This document shows, in pieces, positions 1-7,412 of a stretch of DNA of 27,688 bases. Each line of letters starts with the position of its first letter. Position 1 is the first letter of the stretch. The position numbers and the translations under genes were made by a program. The stretch covers positions 1-27,688 of the forward strand of contig RFGQ01000297.1 in NCBI GenBank assembly GCA_003695865.1, read 5' to 3'. Below the pieces are notes generated by a model. It did no database searches, was not told the DNA's origin, and saw nothing but the letters and a program-made list of their open reading frames with translations. Source of the stretch: Gemmatimonadota bacterium (GTDB lineage: Bacteria; Gemmatimonadota; Gemmatimonadetes; Longimicrobiales; Gaopeijiaceae).

Positions 1-2
1 AC

Positions 3-137
3 GGAGCCGACCTGCGCGAGGCGCTGGCGCCCGAGCGCCTGGCCGCGGCCGTGGCCCGCCGCCTCGACGCCGCCGACGCCGAAGAGGCGGGTGCCTGGAT
101 CGACGCGGCGGTGCGGGCCCTGGCGGGCGCCCGATGA
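3..137 (+). CDS. 3' end of an upstream CDS (5'-truncated by the window), product unknown
   Basis: Frame 3 is open from the window start (GADLREALAPERLAAAVARRLDAADAEEAGAWIDAAVRALAGAR*) with GC3-rich codons and TGA at 135-137. Too short to assign. An SbcD-like partner is possible from context only. Confidence 0.55.
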   Translation, partial: GADLREALAPERLAAAVARRLDAADAEEAGAWIDAAVRALAGAR

Positions 138-160
138 CGACGAGAAAGGCCTAGGAGCGT

Positions 161-1501
161 TTGACACTGACGTCGCTGCAGACGGTTTCGGGCGTGCTGC
201 CCGAGCCACTGGCGCTCGAGACCGGCTTCTCGGCGCTGGTCGTGCCGAGCGGACGCCTGCGCCGCGAACTGGGGCTGGCGCTGCGCCAGGACCTGCTGGC
301 GCACGACGACGCCGTGGCGGCGGCGATCGCTTCGCTGCGTGGATCGCCCGCGGAGCAGTTGACGGGGGGCGCGGCGATCCTGGCCCGGGTGCTCGGACTA
401 GACCAGGTCGAGCGCGACCTGCGTGCCGAGAAGGACGGGTCCGCCGATGCCGCGCCCTCGCCGGCGGGCGACCTCGGCGCCCGGTTGGCCGAACTGGAAC
501 CTGTGCCCATGCGGCTCTCCGAACTCGAGGAACGCTTGCGCGATCTTCGGGCCGACGCGGTCGAGGTCGCGGGCGACCTCGAGGTCGAGAACATGGAGTG
601 GCTGCGCCAGCGGCAGGATGCCGAGACGCATCTACAGGCATACCGCGACCGGGCGCGGGAGCTCAAGGGACGCCTCGGTGAGCTCCGCGCACGCGGTGCC
701 GAGTCGACCTGCCCCACGTGCGGCCGGGAGCTCGAGGGGCTGCTCGACACCGTCGTGAAGCAGCTCGAGGAAGAGTGGGAGTCGGTCGTGCAGGACGGCC
801 GCTGGTGGAAGCGCCGGCGAGAGCAGCTCGAACTCAAGCCTGAGAAGCTGCGTTCGCTCGAGGGGCGCTCGATCCGACTACAGGCCGAAATCGAGCGCCT
901 CACCGAAGAGGTGGAGCGCCTGCGCGGGCAGCAGAGCGAACTCCTCGAAGTACGCCGTCGCATGGCCGAAGCGGACGTGCCGCCCGAGCCGTCCACTCCG
1001 CACGGACGTGCACTGCGGGCGCTCGAGGACGAGATCCGGGACGAGGCCCGGGAGCTGCTGCTCACTCGGCTGAGTCGCGCACTGAACCGGCTTTCGGCAG
1101 GCCGCGTGCTCGGCGTGGTGGACGACGCGGATGCGCGGCCGCGCCTCGTGCTCGACGAGGGAGCCCAGGAGCCCGCATCGGACGACGAATGCGCGATGTT
1201 CGGGCTGGGGCTTCGCCTCGCGCTGGCCGATCTCGTCACGCGGCGTGGCGCGGCGCCCGGTACGCTCGTGTTGGGCGAGGACTTCGACCGGCTGCCGCAC
1301 GACGCGCGCATCCGCGCCATCGTGCTCATGCGTGCGCTGTCGCGCCGGGTGCCTCAGATCCTGCTCTTCTGCCCGGGCGAAGTGGCGGGGCTGGTGCCCG
1401 AGTCGTTCGACCGCGTCATCGAGATCCGCGAGCGGGAAGGCGGAGGCGCGGTCGTCGTCCGCACCGTTCGCACGGGCCTGGGCAGAATCCAGGTGCACTG
1501 A
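161..1501 (+). CDS. Degenerate SbcC/Rad50-like coiled-coil protein with intact CxxC zinc hook and inactivated ABC-ATPase head
   Basis: Central CPTC hook (nt 710-721) flanked by coiled coil. The C-terminal lobe keeps SbcC order and spacing: SDDE..LGLRLAL at the signature (SGGE..LALRLAL), LVLGEDFDRLP at Walker B/D-loop (LILDE.FGSLD), LLFCP at the H-loop (ILITH). The N-terminal GFSALVVPSGRLRR sits at the Walker A position. The TTG start is uncertain. Confidence 0.75.
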   Translation: MTLTSLQTVSGVLPEPLALETGFSALVVPSGRLRRELGLALRQDLLAHDDAVAAAIASLRGSPAEQLTGGAAILARVLGLDQVERDLRAEKDGSADAAPSPAGDLGARLAELEPVPMRLSELEERLRDLRADAVEVAGDLEVENMEWLRQRQDAETHLQAYRDRARELKGRLGELRARGAESTCPTCGRELEGLLDTVVKQLEEEWESVVQDGRWWKRRREQLELKPEKLRSLEGRSIRLQAEIERLTEEVERLRGQQSELLEVRRRMAEADVPPEPSTPHGRALRALEDEIRDEARELLLTRLSRALNRLSAGRVLGVVDDADARPRLVLDEGAQEPASDDECAMFGLGLRLALADLVTRRGAAPGTLVLGEDFDRLPHDARIRAIVLMRALSRRVPQILLFCPGEVAGLVPESFDRVIEIREREGGGAVVVRTVRTGLGRIQVH

Positions 1502-1517
1502 GAGGCGCGGGCCGCCT

Positions 1518-3785
1518 TCAACGCCCCAGCGTCTGCCAGGCCAGCAGTCGCTCTCGCCACCGGGCGAACGAGGCGGCGTCGCCGCCCTCCAACGCCGCCT
1601 GCGTGAGGGCGGCGTAGGCCCACGCGTAGTAGTTCGGGATGCCGGCCGAGGGGCGATCCGGCCAGAAGGCCCACGCGTCGGGGATGCCGCCACGGTGCAC
1701 GAACACGCGGTCCACGAGCGTAGCGGTACGCCCCACGTCGACCCGGCGCCCCGTGACCGGCGCCACCCGGTCGTCGGCGACGCGGTGGACTCCGGGGAGC
1801 GAGTCCACTCCGGCGCCCACGAGCCGGTACGCGAGGCCCTGACGCACGACCTGGTCCTCGAGTCCCAGCGTATGCAGCGCCGTGCCGCTCGACGCGAAGT
1901 AGACGGGCCGGTCGCCGAGCGACCGGGCGATGATCGCCATGGCGAGCTGGTGCCAGGGGAGCACGATCATGTCGGCGGGCAGGTTCGCGCGCGCGGCTCC
2001 AAGGTTGATCGAGCGCGCCCGGTCGAGCCTGAAGTACCCCTCGGGGCTCGTCACGCCGTCGATGGTCGCGTCGTCGAGGTCGAGCACGGGCCCGGAGGGG
2101 GCGCGGATCGGTTGTGGTAGTTCGATCAACACCCGCGTCGGGTCGGCGGGCGTGCCGGGCGCAACGTAGGCGGCCGGGCCGCGCGACGGGTCGTACGGGC
2201 GCTGGCAGACGATCCGTGTGGGCGTCGAGTCGGGGTCCTCGCCGGGACCGCAGGGACGGCTGAGGTCGCGAATCTGCCGGGCGTACCAGGGCGTGTTGAG
2301 GTACGACGTCACCACCACGATCACGTCCCGGCGTAGTCCCTCGACCTCCTGCAGATACCAGAGCGGAAACGTGTCGTTGTCGCCGTTGGTGAAGAGCACC
2401 CCGTAGGGTTCGACGCTCATGAGCAGGTTGTAGGCCCAGTCGCGCGCGGCGTAGTCGCCGCTCCGCTCCGCCCACGGCGCGTTGAGCACGCCCGGCACCA
2501 GGGCCACCAGCAGGACCGGCGCCGCGGCGCGCGTCGAGCGGAGGCGGGCCGCCAGTCGCTGCCAGAGGGCGCAGAGTCCCACGCCGGCCCACAGGCCGAA
2601 CACCGAGAACCCGATCAGGAAGAAATAGTCTCGCTCTCGCACCTCGTTGAGCGTGCGGTCGTTGCCCGGCGTCGCGAACGAGTAGCCGTACTTGAAGTTC
2701 AGGTAGACGACGAGGCCCGCGGTGAGGGTGGCGAGCAGAACGATCCCATAGAGGGCGGCCTGCCGGTCGTGCCGCGCCACCGCCGCGAGGCCGACCGCGC
2801 AGAGCATCAGAAAGAGCAGCGTGAACGGCAGCCGGCCGAGGGCCAGGAGGGGGTTCTCGCCCTGCACCGAGCGGCTCCACTGCCAGTCGAGGTACTGAAC
2901 GAAGTTGGCGACCTGCATCGTGAGGGGCGCCTGGCGGGGCAGCAGGGGCGGCTTGTCGTACTGCTCACGCCGCAGCGCCGCAGACAGGTCGTCGCACCCG
3001 GCCTGCCCCCAGGTGGCCACGCTGAGCATGGCGGCGGCGGTCGACTCGCACGTGGGTTCGGCCTCGTTGATCGTGGGGTGAAGGGCCGAGCGCAGCGGCA
3101 GAAAAAGGTGGACCGAAAGCCCCACCAGTACCGCGAGGACGCCCCACCCGTAGAGCCGCGGCCTCAGCAGGCTCGCCGGCCGAACGGTGAACACGAACAC
3201 GGCGAGCGCGGGCGCCGCGAGGAACGCCATCAGGTGGTTGCCGACCGAGAGCGCGAGGATGAAGGCGACCAGCACGAGCAGCCGGTCGCCGCCGCCGCTG
3301 CGCACGCCCGCCCGCCAACGCAGCGCCAGCCAGGTGAGCAGCGCGACGGTGAAGAGCGAGACCGTGTAGACCTTCTCGTTCACGTTCGACTGGTTCCACA
3401 CGGTGAACGCGGTCGCGCTGATCACGACCGCCGCGGCGGCTCCGAGCAGGCGTTGGCGCCGCTCGGAGACGACACCGCCCAGCAGTTCGTGCACCACGAG
3501 GAACCAGAGCCCGTGCGCCGCGGCGCTCATCGCGGCGCTGAACAGGTTGATGCGCACGGCCACGGGCAGGCCGAGAGGGGCGAGCAGCAGCTCCCAGGTG
3601 CGGCCCAGCAGTACGAAGAGCGGATTCCCGGGCGGGTGGGGAATGCCCAGGATGTGGCTGGTGGCGATGTACTCGCTGGTGTCCCAGAACGCGGTCGTGG
3701 GCGCGAGCGTCGAGGCGTAGAGCGCGAAGACGGCGGCCGTGGCCCCTGCGGCCCAGGCGTAGGGAGGGCGTGGCGCCCCGGTCAC
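1518..3785 (-). CDS. DUF2723 (TMEM260-like) multi-pass membrane GT-C glycosyltransferase
   Basis: Motifs TTAFWDTSEY, LGIPHPPGNPLFVLLG, VNEKVY and NGDNDTFPLWYLQEVEG..RDV, about 10 hydrophobic segments, and a soluble C-terminal domain. Start placed at GTG 3785, which overlaps the upstream stop (GTGA); the track start at 3821 is probably too long. Confidence 0.88.
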   Translation of the reverse strand: MTGAPRPPYAWAAGATAAVFALYASTLAPTTAFWDTSEYIATSHILGIPHPPGNPLFVLLGRTWELLLAPLGLPVAVRINLFSAAMSAAAHGLWFLVVHELLGGVVSERRQRLLGAAAAVVISATAFTVWNQSNVNEKVYTVSLFTVALLTWLALRWRAGVRSGGGDRLLVLVAFILALSVGNHLMAFLAAPALAVFVFTVRPASLLRPRLYGWGVLAVLVGLSVHLFLPLRSALHPTINEAEPTCESTAAAMLSVATWGQAGCDDLSAALRREQYDKPPLLPRQAPLTMQVANFVQYLDWQWSRSVQGENPLLALGRLPFTLLFLMLCAVGLAAVARHDRQAALYGIVLLATLTAGLVVYLNFKYGYSFATPGNDRTLNEVRERDYFFLIGFSVFGLWAGVGLCALWQRLAARLRSTRAAAPVLLVALVPGVLNAPWAERSGDYAARDWAYNLLMSVEPYGVLFTNGDNDTFPLWYLQEVEGLRRDVIVVVTSYLNTPWYARQIRDLSRPCGPGEDPDSTPTRIVCQRPYDPSRGPAAYVAPGTPADPTRVLIELPQPIRAPSGPVLDLDDATIDGVTSPEGYFRLDRARSINLGAARANLPADMIVLPWHQLAMAIIARSLGDRPVYFASSGTALHTLGLEDQVVRQGLAYRLVGAGVDSLPGVHRVADDRVAPVTGRRVDVGRTATLVDRVFVHRGGIPDAWAFWPDRPSAGIPNYYAWAYAALTQAALEGGDAASFARWRERLLAWQTLGR

Positions 3786-5782
3786 GGCCCCGTGCTCGGA
3801 TGCAGGTGCAGCACGCCCCACTCATCCACCCGCGCCCGCCAGCCGCTGGGCACCCAGGTGGTGGCGCTGTACTCGAGCACGAGAGTGGGCCCCTCGAGTT
3901 CGTGGCCGGCGCGCAGGTCGCGTCGCCAGACCCGCGCGGCCTCGACCTCCTGCCCACGTTCCACCAGACGCCACGGCTCGAGCCGGGGCGGCCCCTCGGC
4001 CGGGTCCAGCCGTCGCGGCTCCACGTGGGCGCCGGGCGCGGCGGCGGCCACGCGCAGCGTGACGGCTTCCGGCGCGCGTTCCGGATAGGCGTAGCCGTAG
4101 CGGGCGCGGTGGGCCTGGTGAAAGGCGTTGCGCCAATCGGGTGCGGCGGGCACGCGCAGCTCAAAGCTCTGCCCGGGGTAGCGCGCGTCCACTTCGCGCT
4201 GGAGGGTGAGCACGTCGCGCGCCGCGCCCTCGGCCACGAGCGCCTCGGCCGCCGCCGCGTCCAGCTCTTCGAAGGCCGCCGCGATGCGCTCGTCCGCGTC
4301 GGGCGCCGCACCGCTCACCAGCACCGTTCGCGACGCCTCGCGGACGACGTCGGCCGAGAGGATTCCGTACGCGGACAGCGTTCCCGGATCGGGCGGCACG
4401 AGGGCGCCGCGTGCGCCCAGTCGCTCGGCGAGCCCCGCCACGTGAAGCGCGCCGGCGCCGCCGAAGGCCACCACCATGAAGTCGGCCGGATCGTGGCCCC
4501 GTTCGACCGAGATCACCCGAAGGGCGCGCTCCATGGCGGTGTCGGCCACCGCGAGCACGCCCTCGGCGGCCTCCTCGAGCGAGGTGCCGAGCGCCTCGGC
4601 GAGCTCGGCGAGCGGCCCCTCGACGGCGTCGCGGTCGAGCGTGCCCTCGCCCCCCAGGAAGGCGTCGGTGGGCAGGCGACGCAGCCACACGTGTGCGTCG
4701 GTCACCGTCAGACCGGTCCCGCCACGCCCGTAGCAGATCGGGCCGGGGTCGGCCCCGGCCGAGCGGGGCCCCACGCGCAGCGCGCCGCCGGGATCCACGC
4801 GGGCGAGGCTGCCGCCGCCCGCGCCCACCGTGTGGATGTCGACCACCGGCAACGCCACGGGCTGGCCCCCGATGCGGAACTCGCGGGTGCGCAGCGGCCG
4901 GCCCGGACAGAGCGAGACGTCGGTGGAGGTGCCGCCCATGTCGAACGTGATCACCCGCTCCCATCCCGCGCGGCGCGCCCATGCGAGCGCGCCTACCACC
5001 CCGCCCGCGGGCCCCGACAGCACCGTGTGCGCGGGCTCGGCCACGGCCCGCTCGACGGAGAGCGCGCCCCCGTTCGAGCCCATGATGCGCACGCGCTCGG
5101 CGCCCGATTCCCGGGCGATGCGACCGAGGTAGCGCGACATGACGGGCGCCACGTACGCGTTCACGACCGTCGTGGAGGCGCGCTCGTATTCGCGGTACTC
5201 GGGCAGCAGGGCAGACGACAGCGACACGGGCACGGCGAGGTCGGCGAGGGCGTCGCCGACCGCGCGCTCGTGGTCGGGGTTCGCGTAGGCGTGCAGCAGC
5301 ACGACCGCCACGGACTCGGCGTCGCGGACGCGGTCGGCGAGGTCGGCCAGCTCACCGGGGTCGAGCGGCTCGACCTCTTCGCCGTCGGGGCCCAGGCGGC
5401 CGGCGATGCCGATGCGGTCGCCGCGGGCCACGAGGGGTGGGGGGCGGTGGCCGACGAGCGCGTAGAGCTGTGGCCGGTCCTGGCGGCCGATCTCGATCAC
5501 GTCTTCGAAGCCGCGGTTGGTGACCAGGGCCACCCGGGCGCCGCGCCGCTCGAGCAGGGCGTTCGTGGCCACGGTCGAACCGTGCAGCAGCAGGAACGCG
5601 GCACCCTCCTCCACGAAGCTTCGCACCCCCTCGAGCACGGCGTCGGCGGGATCGGCGGGCGTCGAGGGGACTTTCAGGACGTGCAGCCCGCCCTCGTCGT
5701 CGAGGTGGAGCACGTCGGTGAACGTGCCCCCCGTGTCGACGGCCAGGATTCGCGTCGTCTTCCGGTCGGCGTTCTGCGGCAT
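3782..5782 (-). CDS. Hydantoinase/5-oxoprolinase family protein, A (ATP-binding) subunit
   Basis: VDTGGTFTD, HGSTVATNALLER, FDMGGTSTDVS, VDIHTVGAGGGS and VAFGGAGALH motifs; 666 aa. Confidence 0.93.
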   Translation of the reverse strand: MPQNADRKTTRILAVDTGGTFTDVLHLDDEGGLHVLKVPSTPADPADAVLEGVRSFVEEGAAFLLLHGSTVATNALLERRGARVALVTNRGFEDVIEIGRQDRPQLYALVGHRPPPLVARGDRIGIAGRLGPDGEEVEPLDPGELADLADRVRDAESVAVVLLHAYANPDHERAVGDALADLAVPVSLSSALLPEYREYERASTTVVNAYVAPVMSRYLGRIARESGAERVRIMGSNGGALSVERAVAEPAHTVLSGPAGGVVGALAWARRAGWERVITFDMGGTSTDVSLCPGRPLRTREFRIGGQPVALPVVDIHTVGAGGGSLARVDPGGALRVGPRSAGADPGPICYGRGGTGLTVTDAHVWLRRLPTDAFLGGEGTLDRDAVEGPLAELAEALGTSLEEAAEGVLAVADTAMERALRVISVERGHDPADFMVVAFGGAGALHVAGLAERLGARGALVPPDPGTLSAYGILSADVVREASRTVLVSGAAPDADERIAAAFEELDAAAAEALVAEGAARDVLTLQREVDARYPGQSFELRVPAAPDWRNAFHQAHRARYGYAYPERAPEAVTLRVAAAAPGAHVEPRRLDPAEGPPRLEPWRLVERGQEVEAARVWRRDLRAGHELEGPTLVLEYSATTWVPSGWRARVDEWGVLHLHPSTGP

Positions 5783-5824
5783 ATGTTGGTGCGTTCCCGA
5801 TCCACGTCCGATTCCGAGGGACGC

Positions 5825-7327
5825 ATGGAGCTACACCCTTCCTTCGACGCATTCAAGGGGGCGGCGGCCGGCGCCGGGGTCGTGCCCGTGTGGCGCGAGA
5901 TCCTGTTCGACGTCGACACCGCCGTGACGGCGTACGCCAAGATCGCGCGTCCGCCCTTCGGCTTCCTGCTCGAGTCGGTCGTCGGGGGAGAGCAGTGGGC
6001 GCGCTACACCTTTCTGGGGAGCGAGCCCTCGGGTGCGTGGCGCCTGAAGGACGGTGCCGTCGAGTGGTGGACGCCCGAGGGCGGATGGGCCGCCGTCGAG
6101 ACCGACGACCCTCTGGCCGACTTCGACCGGCGACTGCGCGAACGGGCGCCCGTCGCCGACTCCGGACTGCCCAGGCTCTGGGGCGGTGCGGTGGGGTTCT
6201 TCGGTTACGACGTGGTGCGCCACATCGAACGCCTGGGCGAGGGGCCGAGCGACGACCTCGGGCTTCCCGACGGGCTGTTCCTCTTCGTCGACACGGTGCT
6301 CGCCATCGACAACCTGCTGGGTCGCGCGATGGCCATCTCGAGCGTGCCCGTCGAGCCGGGCCTCGACGAAGCGGAGTTGCGCGCGCGCTACGAGGCCGCG
6401 GCGGAGCGGACGGCCGAACTCGTGCGTCGGCTGGAGGAGGGTGCGTCTCCCCCGCCACTCACGCTGACGGCCGAGCCCGACGAAGACCCGCCGTTCACGA
6501 GCTCGACGAGCCGCGAGGCGTTCGAGGCCGCGGTCGAGCGGGTGCGCGAGTACATCCTGGCGGGCGACGCCTTCCAGGTGGTGCTCAGCCAGCGCCTCGG
6601 CATGCCGCTCGAGGCGTCGCCGTTCGACCTCTATCGCGCCCTGCGCTCCCTCAACCCGTCGCCCTATCTGTACTTTCTGGAGCTCGACGGACTGACGCTG
6701 GTGGGATCGTCACCCGAAGTGCTCGTGCGCCTGGAAGACGATGTGGTCACGGTGCGGCCCATCGCGGGGACGCGCCCGCGCGGCGCCACGCCCGAAGAGG
6801 ACCGGGCCCTGGCCGACGACCTGAAGGCCGACGAGAAGGAGCTCGCCGAACACCGCATGCTCGTGGACCTCGGCCGCAACGACGTGGGGCGCGTGGCCGA
6901 GTACGGGAGCGTGCACGTGCCCGACCTGATGGTCATCGAGCGCTACTCGCACGTCATGCACCTGGTGAGTCAGGTCGAAGGGCGGCTGCGCCGCGGGCTC
7001 GGAGCGGTGGACGTGTTCCGTGCCTGTTTCCCAGCGGGCACGGTCTCGGGAGCCCCCAAGGTGCGCGCGATGGAGATCATCGACGAGCTCGAACCGGTGC
7101 GCAGGGGGCCCTACGCGGGAGCCGTCGGGCATTTCGGGTGGGGCGGTCGTTCCATGGACACGGCCATCACGATCCGCACGGTCGTCGTGACCGAGGGCCG
7201 CGCCTACGTGCAGGCCGGCGCCGGGGTGGTCGCCGACTCGGACCCGGCCCGCGAGTACGACGAGACGCTCAACAAGGCGCGGGCCCTGCTCAGGGCCGGC
7301 GCCATGGTCGGGCGCGGGTCCCGCTGA
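5825..7327 (+). CDS. trpE: Anthranilate synthase component I
   Basis: FLLESV, NPSPY, VGSSPE, RPIAGTRPRG, KELAEHRMLVDLGRND, FPAGTVSGAPKVRAM and QAGAGVVADS. Real start is ATG 5825 after GAGGG; the 1185-aa track ORF is an artefactual 5' extension antisense to the hydantoinase. A PabB-type paralogue cannot be fully excluded. Confidence 0.88.
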   Translation: MELHPSFDAFKGAAAGAGVVPVWREILFDVDTAVTAYAKIARPPFGFLLESVVGGEQWARYTFLGSEPSGAWRLKDGAVEWWTPEGGWAAVETDDPLADFDRRLRERAPVADSGLPRLWGGAVGFFGYDVVRHIERLGEGPSDDLGLPDGLFLFVDTVLAIDNLLGRAMAISSVPVEPGLDEAELRARYEAAAERTAELVRRLEEGASPPPLTLTAEPDEDPPFTSSTSREAFEAAVERVREYILAGDAFQVVLSQRLGMPLEASPFDLYRALRSLNPSPYLYFLELDGLTLVGSSPEVLVRLEDDVVTVRPIAGTRPRGATPEEDRALADDLKADEKELAEHRMLVDLGRNDVGRVAEYGSVHVPDLMVIERYSHVMHLVSQVEGRLRRGLGAVDVFRACFPAGTVSGAPKVRAMEIIDELEPVRRGPYAGAVGHFGWGGRSMDTAITIRTVVVTEGRAYVQAGAGVVADSDPAREYDETLNKARALLRAGAMVGRGSR

Positions 7328-7412
7328 GGGTTCCCGCGAGCGCGGTCGACGTTCTCGGCTCTCGGCGAGGCGCGCGGCTGCTCCCCGTTCCCATCCGCTC
7401 CGGGCGACCGGG

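Noticed and set aside
3770-5824. Apparent 685-aa N-terminal extension or fusion on TrpE
   Set aside because: Antisense to the hydantoinase gene; TrpE similarity and an SD begin at ATG 5825.
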